DNA from: Candidatus Undinarchaeota archaeon
Lineage (GTDB): Archaea > SpSt-1190 > JASMDC01
Reading direction: 5' to 3'
Length of the DNA stretch: 64,000 nucleotides
Assembly (NCBI GenBank): GCA_964519305.1
Contig: CAZFHY010000001.1
Location: 282,132 to 346,131, forward strand
Of the stretch, positions 8,951 through 18,439 are shown piece by piece. Every line of letters begins with the position of its first letter. Position 1 is the first letter of the stretch. The translations under genes were made by a program, and so were the position numbers. A model generated the notes under the pieces. That model worked only from the letters and a program-made list of their open reading frames with translations, ran no database searches and was not told the DNA's origin.

Positions 8951-10687
8951 TCATTCTCCAGCAGGCCCCACTCGATAAAGAGCCAGCTCGGTGGAAGCAC
9001 CGAAGGCCTCGACCCATTTCAGCGAGATGGGGACCGTATCAATTCGCTCCAGACTTAGACTGCTGCCGGCCAAGGCGTCGCGTGCGTTCGCGGTCCCCTG
9101 GGAGTCGTAGAGGTAGACGCACTCGCCCCGGTCCACCAGAGCGATCACGTCCCGGACAAGCTCTTCGCCGGTCGTAGGCAGAAGGAAGAACGACTCGACA
9201 TGCACCATCCGACGCCCCCAAAGGTGCTCGGCGCGCACGGGGACCGAGGCGACCACGTGGCACGACGGCTCCACACCGTTCCGCCACCTAGCCACAGTAC
9301 GCTCCTCGAGAGCGAGATAATCACGTACGTCGGGGGGGATGCCATCCCCCACAGCCACACGTGGGTAAAGGAGGACTATGAGAATCGCACCTATGGTGGC
9401 CAGTGCCGCCAGCAACCGTCGTTCCCGACCCCCTGCCCGTCCTGCCGCCCAGAGAAGGAAGGCAACGGGGAGGAGCAGATGGATAGCGTATAGGATTGCC
9501 CTCGCTCCAGCGTCCAGCTGGAGCCCGAACATATCACCATAGGCGAACGGTAAGTAAGCGAGTCCCGAGAGGAGGATGGCTGTGGCGATTGACCGCTGTG
9601 AACAGGTAAGGGTGCGTGCGCCCAGGCCACAGGCGATGGCGAAGGGGACCGAGAGGCCGATCATGTACCTTGGCACGAAGAACATGAAGTCGTGAAGGAG
9701 GAACACTACAAGACGGGCCGACCACCAGAACGTCACCAAGAGCGTCAGTGTGCTTGAGCGACCGGCGAGAGCGACCATCCCGAGCGCCGCAAGGGCAGTG
9801 AACAGGAACGGAGTGAAGTATCCATTGAACCAGTAGAGGACATAGTCCAGATTGCGTGCCAGAGAGGACGTCCCGAGACGATCAGTAACATCATTATACC
9901 CCATGCTCATCTCGAACCATCCTGCCACGTACGGCGTCAGGAGCACTAGCGCTACGATCCAAGGGACCGGAGAATACCTGACACCCTTGCGCCGGCCCCA
10001 CCAGTACACCATCATGAGCGGGACAAGGACGAGAGGATTCTCCTTGCGGACTGTCATGTGGAAGGCCAAGGATGCTGCGGTCAGCCATGCTGCGGAGGAG
10101 CGCCCCGTTCGGACGTGAAGGGCCGCACCCAGAACGGTCAGGCACTCGGTGAGCACTGAGAGCACAACGAGCCGCGTAGTGGCGCCGTACCGCAGGTGCA
10201 TCGGGAGAAGGGCAAGTATGAGAGCCGCCCAGAGCGCCGACTGATGGTCCCGGAACAGGATTCGCACGAGCAAGTAGACCAGAGCTATGGTGAGCGTACC
10301 ACCAAGCACACCCACCGTCCTTGCAGCCAGTTCGGTGAATCCGAGGATCGACGAGGTCAGGCCCAGCACAAGTGGGTAACCGATGCCGTCGAAGGTCGCG
10401 AACTGTTGACAATCGCCCATCCGGCCACGGACGCAGAAAGCGTTGAGGCGGTGGTGCACAAGGCCTTCGGCCTGTCCCACGGGGTACCATTCGTCAAGCC
10501 AGAGCAGGTGATGGTAAGGGTTCACCGCCCGCAGCACCAGACCCAGGAAGAGCACCGTGAGCAGGGCACGACGGCCCGAGACAGTGTTTGGTAGATAGGC
10601 CGACAACTCTCGGCGCGAGGCGACCAGCGCACCAGCGATGACCAGAAGGTTCACCAGGGCGAAAGGCAGCGCCAGAGGCGACGGCAT
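8951..10687 (-). CDS. GT-C fold membrane glycosyltransferase, paralog 4
   Basis: 578 aa; MPSPLALP, WLDEWY, FCVRGRMGDC, IGYP, LLPMHLRY, GECVYLY. Confidence 0.85.
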   Translation of the reverse strand: MPSPLALPFALVNLLVIAGALVASRRELSAYLPNTVSGRRALLTVLFLGLVLRAVNPYHHLLWLDEWYPVGQAEGLVHHRLNAFCVRGRMGDCQQFATFDGIGYPLVLGLTSSILGFTELAARTVGVLGGTLTIALVYLLVRILFRDHQSALWAALILALLPMHLRYGATTRLVVLSVLTECLTVLGAALHVRTGRSSAAWLTAASLAFHMTVRKENPLVLVPLMMVYWWGRRKGVRYSPVPWIVALVLLTPYVAGWFEMSMGYNDVTDRLGTSSLARNLDYVLYWFNGYFTPFLFTALAALGMVALAGRSSTLTLLVTFWWSARLVVFLLHDFMFFVPRYMIGLSVPFAIACGLGARTLTCSQRSIATAILLSGLAYLPFAYGDMFGLQLDAGARAILYAIHLLLPVAFLLWAAGRAGGRERRLLAALATIGAILIVLLYPRVAVGDGIPPDVRDYLALEERTVARWRNGVEPSCHVVASVPVRAEHLWGRRMVHVESFFLLPTTGEELVRDVIALVDRGECVYLYDSQGTANARDALAGSSLSLERIDTVPISLKWVEAFGASTELALYRVGPAGE

Positions 10688-10704
10688 GAAGCGTTGAGGG
10701 AGTT

Positions 10705-10722
10705 GAACCTTTATAGAGCTTC
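10705..10722 (-). promoter_or_regulatory. TATA box in near-palindrome GAACCT-N6-AGCTTC (promoter of GT-C paralog 4)
   Basis: gaacct ttatag agcttc at the same offset from ATG 10687. Confidence 0.65.
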
Positions 10723-10772
10723 CGCGCGGCGACCCGCGAACCCTTATAACGCTTTACGACCGAGTAACCGAC

Positions 10773-12437
10773 GTGTGCGGCATCGCCGGGATCGCAGGAT
10801 TCCAGGACGACGGTCTCCTCGATAAGATGGTGACGTCGCTCACGCACCGCGGTCCAGATGACGTGGGTACGTTCCACTCAAATGATCTCTCATTGGGAGC
10901 ACGTCGACTGGCGGTCATCGACCCGGCCGGGGGACACCAGCCCATGGTGGGCGAGGATGGTGATACTGCCGTGGTGCTCAATGGTGAGATCTACAACCAC
11001 GTACAGCTGCGTGCATGGTTGGAGGGGCGAGGCCACGAGTTCTCCTCAGCATGTGACACCGAGGTAGTCCTCCACGGCATCGAGGAGGAGGGGACGGCCT
11101 TCCTCTCGCGCATGGAGGGGATGTTCGCCCTGGCAATGTGGGACGGGCCACGGTTGGTGCTTGCTCGCGACCGGCTTGGGATCAAGCCAATGGTGTACAC
11201 CCAACGCGGCAGTGACCTTCTCTTCGCCTCCGAGGTCAAGGCTCTGTTCAAGGATCCCGAGCTTACACGGGAGGTCGACCGCGAGGCGCTGGCACAGCGG
11301 TTCGTGCTCGGATACCCGCTTGATGGGCGCACGTTGTTCGCCGGCGTCCGCTCGCTCGCCCCGGGCACGGCACTGGTGTGGGACGCACGCTCAGGATCAG
11401 TCGTGGATAAGACACCTTTCTGGGAACTGCCTAAAAGGACTGTGGAGTTAGTTGACCCCGCCACTGCAGCAGATGAACTGGCAACTGCCCTGGAGGATGC
11501 CGTGCGCTCACAGCTAGTAGCGGACGTTCCCCTGGGCGCCTTCCTCTCCGGTGGCGTTGACTCGGCCCTCATCGCTGCCTTGGCCAACGAGCATATGGAC
11601 ACGCCATTGCGCACCTTTACACTGGGCGAGAGCCACAATGATCCGGATGTCATCGCTGCGCGTGCTGTGGCCGAGACCGTGGGCTCCGACCACACCGAAC
11701 TGGTCGTCGCTCCCGAGGACGTAGCGGCCCTCGTCCCGCGGTTCGTGCTCCACATGGAGCAACCCAACTACGAGTCCGTGTTCTTCCTAGCGCTCGCCGA
11801 GGTCGTGCGCCGACGCATGACGGTTGCACTGTGCGGCCAGGGCGCTGATGAGCTATTCGGTGGCTACCCGCGATACTCCTCCCCCCGACGCTACGGTGCC
11901 GAGGTGCGATGCACACTTCGCCGGATCGCCTCTAGCGCGTCATGGGTGGACGGTCTCCACACCAAGATGTCGCTCATACGCACATCCGGTGACCTGATGG
12001 ACCACGAGCTCGGGCCCCAGCTCGCTGCGTTCCAGCTCAGTGTCGTGGACCGTGCGTCCATGGCAGCAGGGCTCGAGGTCCGTGTCCCTTACCTCGCCAC
12101 TCCCGTCGTGGAACTCTCACGACGGATGGACACGCGACTTATGTTCGAGAGCGGTGCGGCGAAAGCAGTGCTACGACGTGTGGCACGGAAGAAGCTCCCC
12201 CCCAAGATCGCGGACCGGCCGAAGCGTGGTGCAGGACCGTTCACCACGCCCAGGGGCGCCCTCATCTTCGAGCAGGAGGCATGCGATCTCATGGATGACA
12301 AGCGCGTGGCCCGCCACCCCTATCGCAAATTCTTCCGGAGGCGGAGCGAGCTTGTTTGCATGGACATCCTCGCCCACTCGTTGATCGAAGGCGACGGTCA
12401 GCTCCCTGATAAGTTCACACCGGGAGACTTGTACTGA
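10773..12437 (+). CDS. asnB: Asparagine synthase (glutamine-hydrolysing)-type amidotransferase
   Basis: N-terminal MCGIAG, HRGPD, RLAVID, NGEIYNH, DTEV, ARDRLGIKP, FASEVKAL, LSGGVDS, GQGADELFGGY, DRASMAAGLEVRVPYL. Confidence 0.92.
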   Translation: MCGIAGIAGFQDDGLLDKMVTSLTHRGPDDVGTFHSNDLSLGARRLAVIDPAGGHQPMVGEDGDTAVVLNGEIYNHVQLRAWLEGRGHEFSSACDTEVVLHGIEEEGTAFLSRMEGMFALAMWDGPRLVLARDRLGIKPMVYTQRGSDLLFASEVKALFKDPELTREVDREALAQRFVLGYPLDGRTLFAGVRSLAPGTALVWDARSGSVVDKTPFWELPKRTVELVDPATAADELATALEDAVRSQLVADVPLGAFLSGGVDSALIAALANEHMDTPLRTFTLGESHNDPDVIAARAVAETVGSDHTELVVAPEDVAALVPRFVLHMEQPNYESVFFLALAEVVRRRMTVALCGQGADELFGGYPRYSSPRRYGAEVRCTLRRIASSASWVDGLHTKMSLIRTSGDLMDHELGPQLAAFQLSVVDRASMAAGLEVRVPYLATPVVELSRRMDTRLMFESGAAKAVLRRVARKKLPPKIADRPKRGAGPFTTPRGALIFEQEACDLMDDKRVARHPYRKFFRRRSELVCMDILAHSLIEGDGQLPDKFTPGDLY

Positions 12438-12478
12438 CCGGTCTGTACGGTCGGTGTTCTAGGGACATCGTGGTCCCG

Positions 12479-12955
12479 TTACATAAGGTAGCCGCTGTTC
12501 GCTGCGAGGAAGGGTGCTTCGTACTGGAGGAAGTAGTCGTGGACCTCGTTCCCCATGCCCATGACGTGGTAGCCCTCATGCATGAGCACTTCTGCTATGG
12601 CCGACGCACCATATCCGAGCATGACGGGTGACACGACGACCTCGCCGGGCGTTGCCGTCGTGGTCTGGCCCCCAACGTAGGTGTGGGCGAGACCGCCAGA
12701 TGCGCCAAGACTGGGATTGTACGTAGGCAGCCCTTTCTGGCTGGCCATCTCTCTGTACATCTCACAGGCCTTCTCCCAGGTCCTGAGCGGCTCGAGCGCC
12801 CTGTCATGGAAGAACGCCGCCGTGACGTCTTCGTACGCGGTCGAGGTGGCGTAACGATCGTTGAGATCGAAGGATTCGCCGTCAGTGTAGGAAAGGACCT
12901 TCTCAAGGTCGTCACCGTCCCGATAGCTGGATCTCTCGAAATCGTCGTTATGCAT
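12479..12955 (-). CDS. Acidic hypothetical protein with HEXXH zincin motif
   Basis: Start ATG 12955 downstream of GGGGAAAGGTTTTTATA (BRE/TATA, about 12984-13000). EVLMHEGYH..GMGNE. Confidence 0.65.
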   Translation of the reverse strand: MHNDDFERSSYRDGDDLEKVLSYTDGESFDLNDRYATSTAYEDVTAAFFHDRALEPLRTWEKACEMYREMASQKGLPTYNPSLGASGGLAHTYVGGQTTTATPGEVVVSPVMLGYGASAIAEVLMHEGYHVMGMGNEVHDYFLQYEAPFLAANSGYLM

Positions 12956-13109
12956 GCTCGTGCCGGATTTTGTGCCATTCCCCCTATAAAAACCTTTCCC
13001 CGGGAACCGTCGTGCGTACCGGCAACTAACGCAGAACAAGGAGCAGGCAGGAACGCATTATTGAAGAGCTCAAGTAGTTCTATATAGCTATCCCCTATAG
13101 GAATGTCCG

Positions 13110-14207
13110 ATGGATATCCTTGCCCCTGTCAACAGGGCGGATGAGGTCGAGCAGCTCATCCGTTCGGGGGCTGCGGAGATCTATTGCTCGGTGCTCTCAC
13201 CCCAATGGCGGGAGCGCTATAGCAATGTAGGGAGCATCAGCAGGGAGGAGTTCACCCTCTCGTCCCTTCGCTCCTACGAGGAGCTTGAGCAGGTCACGTC
13301 CATCGCCCACGACAACGGTGCCCGTGTTTCCGTAGCGTTCAACCAGGATTTCTACTCATCCAAGCAGCTACCCCTCGTGCTCAAGGAGGTCGACCAGGCC
13401 GTCGGCGCAGGGATAGATAACCTCATCATAGCCGACGTGGCGCTCATGGCAACGCTCCGGGACCGTGAGGTGGAGTGCGATGTGCACGCAAGCTCCATCG
13501 CAGCTGTTTTCAACGCTCGTGCGGCCCGGTTCCTCCAGCGCCTGGGTGTATCCCGACTCATCCTCCCGCACCATCTCACCCTGAACGAGGTGCGAACGCT
13601 CGCCGAGCGGGTGCCCGATATACCCCTTGAGGCCTTCGTGCTAAACGCCCGGTGCCCCAACGTCGAGGGATTCTGTGGTTATCTCCACGGCCTCCTCGAG
13701 ATCGCCTACCCGCGCCGGGCAGGAGCCCTATTCAGCGTCCTCGGGAGCAGATGGGGGGCCGCCCGGAGCACTATCGTAGGCGCTCTCCTCCGGCTCCCCC
13801 GATGGTCACAGCGTCTCGGTCCGCTGGCACATCACGCATCGCTCTATCTCTGTCCCAACGCCGCCGCTGTGCGCGTATCCTGCCTCGAGGGGGACCATGC
13901 TCTCGCCCCCGCTATCGAGGAACGATTCGGGATGGACTGGTGCCCCAACGTGGGCGGCATCGGTTGCGGCGTATGCGCTCTGGGGATGCTGCGCGATGCG
14001 GGTGTCAGCGTGGTCAAGGTACAAGGGCGTAACTACCCGACAGCAAAGAAGCTGGCGGACGTCCGGTTCTTGCGCTCAGCGCTCGATGCTCTCGAGAATC
14101 TTAAGGGTGGGGACACTTTCCATGAGCGGTGTCGCGCCCTGTACTCCGACAGTTATGACCGGCCATGCTCACTTGCTGAGTGCTACTGGCCTGAGGAGGT
14201 GCGGTGA
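13110..14207 (+). CDS. U32-family Fe-S protein large subunit, copy 2
   Basis: MDILAP, SGAAEIYC, DNLIIAD, AVFN, RLILP, LEAFVLNARCPNVEGFC, CGVCAL, VVKVQGR, C...CYW. Confidence 0.85.
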   Translation: MDILAPVNRADEVEQLIRSGAAEIYCSVLSPQWRERYSNVGSISREEFTLSSLRSYEELEQVTSIAHDNGARVSVAFNQDFYSSKQLPLVLKEVDQAVGAGIDNLIIADVALMATLRDREVECDVHASSIAAVFNARAARFLQRLGVSRLILPHHLTLNEVRTLAERVPDIPLEAFVLNARCPNVEGFCGYLHGLLEIAYPRRAGALFSVLGSRWGAARSTIVGALLRLPRWSQRLGPLAHHASLYLCPNAAAVRVSCLEGDHALAPAIEERFGMDWCPNVGGIGCGVCALGMLRDAGVSVVKVQGRNYPTAKKLADVRFLRSALDALENLKGGDTFHERCRALYSDSYDRPCSLAECYWPEEVR

Positions 14208-15007
14208 TGGAACGGGCAGTGCTAGTTTCCCGCGCACCGCTCCTCGACACGCTCGACTGGACCGGGTACGACCGGCTCTACCTGGGCAACGGATACTGCC
14301 AACGGCTCATCCCCACGCCCGACCAGCTCAGGTCCGCCCTGGACCGGGCGGACGACGCACATATCCCGCTCACCCTTGTCACTCCGCCCGTAACCGATAA
14401 TGGGCTCGACGATCTTGGCCCCGTCCTTGATCTCCTACCAAAAGGTGCAGAGGTTGTGGCCAACGACTGGGGTGTCATCGACCTTGTCGCCGAGGCTGGA
14501 CGGCTCCAGCCGGTTGTCGGCGGCCTTCTTCACAAGCAGAAGCGCGGACCGCGCATCATGATGGCGAAGGACCTTCTCCCTCCAGAGGCATGGGATCGAT
14601 TTCGCACGTCGAACATGGACGTGGTCGCTATGCGCGAGATCCTGGCCTTGTACGGGATCAAACGGGTCGAGGTCGAGAATCCCTTCCAAGGCGTGTCGCT
14701 TGACCTTGCCGGGGGCGAAAAACCACTCTTTGGCTCGCTCCACCATCCCTATGTCTGCGTCACTATGTCGAGATACTGCCTATTAGCACTGGCCTCGACC
14801 AGGCAAGGCCTGCCAGAATGGGGCATCTACCCCTGCTCCCGTATGTGTACAAATTCCAGTTTCCAGCTCGACCATCCGACCATGGGCGTCCCACTCTACC
14901 TCAAGGGATGTGCCGTATTCGTAAAGAACGATGCACTCCCCGGTGATAAGGAGCTGAAGGACATGGGCATCGACCGGACAGTGGTATCGCAGATACCACC
15001 TGCATGA
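14207..15007 (+). CDS. U32-family partner subunit, copy 2
   Basis: TGATG overlap with the upstream gene. MERAVLV, YLGNGYCQRLIP, LTLVTP, EVVANDWG, SRYC, PCSRMC; clear paralog of 6061-6891. Confidence 0.75.
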   Translation: MERAVLVSRAPLLDTLDWTGYDRLYLGNGYCQRLIPTPDQLRSALDRADDAHIPLTLVTPPVTDNGLDDLGPVLDLLPKGAEVVANDWGVIDLVAEAGRLQPVVGGLLHKQKRGPRIMMAKDLLPPEAWDRFRTSNMDVVAMREILALYGIKRVEVENPFQGVSLDLAGGEKPLFGSLHHPYVCVTMSRYCLLALASTRQGLPEWGIYPCSRMCTNSSFQLDHPTMGVPLYLKGCAVFVKNDALPGDKELKDMGIDRTVVSQIPPA

Positions 15008-15013
15008 GTCCGC

Positions 15014-17176
15014 TCAAGTGGCCTGTGAGACCGCTAGTCGTCGGTCACCGTCGTTCGTGCGAAGAACGAGCGTTCTTACGTCCTCGCCCGGGAGAACGCG
15101 GAGAGCGCCCGTCGATGTTGCCTGGAGCGATGCACCGCAGTGAACATGGCAGCTGGTACCCGATGCAGGGTGTACTTCGATAACTAGCTCGTCGCCGATC
15201 CGCGATGCGTCCAGATGCAGTAGCGTGCACTCTCCGGGTGCACTCGTTCCGAATCTGATGATCGGTGAGCTGGCGACAGGACCCGGGATGACGAGTGGCT
15301 TCCCGGCCCATCTCGTCGTAAGGAGGGAGAACCTCCAAGGACCCTCACCTCCGCTTCGCAGGTCCAGAACAATATCACTGGCGTCCACGTTGAACCGTGG
15401 CCGATAGCAGTCGAGTTCCTCGATCCTGCGAGAAGGCCCGGCCGCTCCCAGTTCTGTGATGATCGCGGCAGGATCGTACTCCAGGTCGGCCGGCTGAAGG
15501 GGTAGGATCTTGGGCGATATCAGAGCTAGCTTGTGGTACGTGAGCTCATCCGGGTCCGGGGGAGTGATGATGCGGTTGACCTTGTTCCATCTTGGATCGG
15601 GCGGGACGTCATACACTTGGACCAGCGCAGCGAATGTGGTGATGGCCACAATACCAACAACGACCAGCTCAGGCCACTGGCCAGCCCGACGCAGACCACC
15701 CAGCGCGAGCACCGACAGTGCTGGCATGACCAGCAACAACAGCCCCATCCGCGGCTCGTTCCAGTTCTCCTGGACACTGAGGAATATCCAGAGCGGGAGA
15801 ATCCATAGGATCAACACATTCAATGCCCGACGGTCCGAACCGACCAGCTCCTTTAGACCCGGTAGGACCATGGCCAGCAGCGGCCAGCCCAAGGTCGCGG
15901 CCACCACCAGCGGGAGGAGGACGAACACCGGGAAGGGGTAGAGCGGGGTCCTGACAACACTGCCATGTAGGGGCCAGTTCATGAGCACCGGGAGCCGGAA
16001 GTCCACACCGAGCACACTGTAATCGAAAGGTTCGACATAGGTATGCTTCGCAATTGCCTCGGTAGTGAAGGGGGCGTTGTAAGCGTACTGGTGCCAGAAG
16101 AGCCAAGGGAAGGCCGAGAGCAACGCTCCGATGACGAGGGCGATGACCGCTGCGCGCCACCTTCGTTGGCCGGTTAGTGCGTAGAGAACGGCAGGCACTA
16201 GGAGCACGGACACGTCTCGCACTCCCACCAGCATCCCTAGAAGGAGACCAGCTACGAGGGCGGGTCGTATCCCCCTCTCGAAGAGCACGACATGGAGCAC
16301 TGCGGCCGAGAGCACGAAGGCGAAGAGCGGATCCGTGAGCAGGTACACGAAGGAGATGTCCAGGAGACCGAGACCGAGCACGGGGAACGCGAGAAGGGGT
16401 GTGAGGGTCCCGCCGAAGAGACGGCGGGTGATTATGTACCCCCAAGAGCATATGAGGGCCCCGAAAAGTGAGAAAGCAAACCGGACCCCGAAGATGCCAA
16501 GGAAGGAAACGAAAAGAGCGAATATCGCGGTATTACCGAGTCGCTGGTCCTTGGTGGCCACACGGCCATAGGCAATGAGGTTGTCAGGCAGCGTCCGTGG
16601 TGGGACCGTCAGATAATATGTGTTCTCCACTCCAGGAGAGCGGGTTCCCGTTGGTAACGGCTCCGGAGCGCGGGGGTAGTAGAACACGGATCCCGGATTC
16701 TCGATCACGGAGGACGCGAGCCATGTGACGCGTCCGAGCCCCATGGCATGGTACATCGCCTCCTGTGTACATGTCTGCCAGTAGCTCTCTGCCAGCGGAG
16801 TGGGGATGTCGCGGACCACGCTCAGATAGAGCAGGAACATCCCGGCGGCTAGAGCAAGGGCCACCAATCCCAAGTGACCGGGGGGTGGTACATGACCTAG
16901 TCCGTGGTGTGCCGGGCCGTGCCGGGAGACTTGAAGCAAATGCGGTAAAAGGAAGATAACGAGTGCCGCTGCGAGGAACGTGACCGGACCTATTAGAACG
17001 CCAACCATAAGGGCGATGGCCATGGCGAGAGCTGGGACCACAGTGACCGATATCGTGAAAGCGAGGACGACCTCCTCGGCATCCCTGCCGGGACCGAGGG
17101 TCCAACGTGCCATCGGACGACCTGTGAACCACAAGGCCAGGGTGAACACCACCACGGCCGCTAGCTCAAGCAGCAT
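15014..17176 (-). CDS. Large polytopic membrane protein, GT-C-like glycosyltransferase
   Basis: 720 aa; multiple TM helices, GLLLGMLVGVRD...LLVP, PWLFWHQYAYNAPF pattern typical of GT-C proteins, C-terminal soluble domain. Confidence 0.65.
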   Translation of the reverse strand: MLLELAAVVVFTLALWFTGRPMARWTLGPGRDAEEVVLAFTISVTVVPALAMAIALMVGVLIGPVTFLAAALVIFLLPHLLQVSRHGPAHHGLGHVPPPGHLGLVALALAAGMFLLYLSVVRDIPTPLAESYWQTCTQEAMYHAMGLGRVTWLASSVIENPGSVFYYPRAPEPLPTGTRSPGVENTYYLTVPPRTLPDNLIAYGRVATKDQRLGNTAIFALFVSFLGIFGVRFAFSLFGALICSWGYIITRRLFGGTLTPLLAFPVLGLGLLDISFVYLLTDPLFAFVLSAAVLHVVLFERGIRPALVAGLLLGMLVGVRDVSVLLVPAVLYALTGQRRWRAAVIALVIGALLSAFPWLFWHQYAYNAPFTTEAIAKHTYVEPFDYSVLGVDFRLPVLMNWPLHGSVVRTPLYPFPVFVLLPLVVAATLGWPLLAMVLPGLKELVGSDRRALNVLILWILPLWIFLSVQENWNEPRMGLLLLVMPALSVLALGGLRRAGQWPELVVVGIVAITTFAALVQVYDVPPDPRWNKVNRIITPPDPDELTYHKLALISPKILPLQPADLEYDPAAIITELGAAGPSRRIEELDCYRPRFNVDASDIVLDLRSGGEGPWRFSLLTTRWAGKPLVIPGPVASSPIIRFGTSAPGECTLLHLDASRIGDELVIEVHPASGTSCHVHCGASLQATSTGALRVLPGEDVRTLVLRTNDGDRRLAVSQAT

Positions 17177-17299
17177 ATGGCCCCGGTCTCGCGGTGCAAC
17201 AATAAAACGTTATGCCACCCGGGCACATGGCCGGGATCGAGGCAAACGTTTTTCAAGTGAAGTGACCGACCATTCCCCATGGTTGAGACCGGTAACGGG

Positions 17300-18436
17300 A
17301 TGAGCACCGTTGCCCTTGTCAAGTGCGATGACTACGACGAAGAGAACGTGCTCTCGACGGTCCGACGTTCAGTGGACCTTCTGGGAGGGATGAAGACCTT
17401 CGTAGGGAACGGCCAGCGAGTGCTCCTCAAGGTCAACCTCCTTCGCGGGGACCGACCCGAGCGGGCGGTCACCACACATCCCGCCGTTGTCCGTGCCGTG
17501 ACGCTCCTTGTCCAGGAGGCTGGTGGCGAGGTAGTTATCGGTGACAGCCCCGGAGGCCCCAACAGCGTCATGCTCCTGCGACGAGCCTACAAGCACAGCG
17601 GGTACGAGCAGGTCGCAAAGGAAACGGGAGCCTCCCTGAACGAAGACCTATCCTCCGCGCTGATACCTTGTCGTGGCGGACAATTGATCAAAGAGCTGGA
17701 CATCCTCAATGCAGTAGAGAGCGCTGATGTGGTCATCCCCCTCCCCAAGCTCAAGACCCATGTGCTCACGGGATTCACCGGCGCCACCAAGATCCTCTTC
17801 GGAGTGATCCCCGGCCTCACAAAGGCAGCATACCATGTCAAGCTCCCGGACGTGGACCAGTTCTCCCATATGCTATTGGACATCGTGGCCCATGTACGGG
17901 CTCCCCTGTACATCATGGACGGTGTTGTGGCCATGCATGGGGACGGCCCCGGCGCAGGTGATCCGTTCCCCGTAGGAGGGATGCTCGCAGCTACCGATGC
18001 CGTGGCCATGGACCGGACGGCCGCCGCTCTTGTGGGGCTGGCACCGGATGGTATCTCGACCCTGTCCGCTGCCGCTGAACGCGGGATGGGCCCCGCTTCA
18101 CTGGATGATATCGATATTGTGGGCGACGGGCTGGACGCGTTCTCAATCACTGGATTCCGCACCGCCTCAGCGCCCTCGAAAATCGGCCGCAGGCTCCCGA
18201 ATATCGTTCGCCGGATCACCCTTGGACAGACCGTTTCATCGCCCTACGCCGGCCCCAAGTGCATCGGATGCGGTGTGTGCGCAGCAGCTTGCCCCGTCAA
18301 GGCCATCACCATCACCGACAAGCGCGCCCACATGGACCTGTCGACTTGCATCCGATGCTACTGTTGCCACGAGACCTGTCCCGAGCAGGCGGTGGAGCTG
18401 CAAAGGCCATTGCTGTCGCGCATATTTGGGTCGTAG
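17300..18436 (+). CDS. DUF362 domain protein with C-terminal 2x[4Fe-4S] ferredoxin domain
   Basis: VLLKVNL, TTHPAVV, GDSPG, LPKLKTH, TGATK..FG, DGVVAM.GDGP; CIGCGVCAAACP and CIRCYCCHETCP. Confidence 0.88.
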   Translation: MSTVALVKCDDYDEENVLSTVRRSVDLLGGMKTFVGNGQRVLLKVNLLRGDRPERAVTTHPAVVRAVTLLVQEAGGEVVIGDSPGGPNSVMLLRRAYKHSGYEQVAKETGASLNEDLSSALIPCRGGQLIKELDILNAVESADVVIPLPKLKTHVLTGFTGATKILFGVIPGLTKAAYHVKLPDVDQFSHMLLDIVAHVRAPLYIMDGVVAMHGDGPGAGDPFPVGGMLAATDAVAMDRTAAALVGLAPDGISTLSAAAERGMGPASLDDIDIVGDGLDAFSITGFRTASAPSKIGRRLPNIVRRITLGQTVSSPYAGPKCIGCGVCAAACPVKAITITDKRAHMDLSTCIRCYCCHETCPEQAVELQRPLLSRIFGS

Positions 18437-18439
18437 GGC

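Noticed and set aside
10773-12437. AsnB as a lasso-peptide cyclase
   Set aside because: It retains the complete N-terminal Cys glutaminase domain, and no B2 protease or lasso precursor is adjacent. An amidotransferase role fits better.
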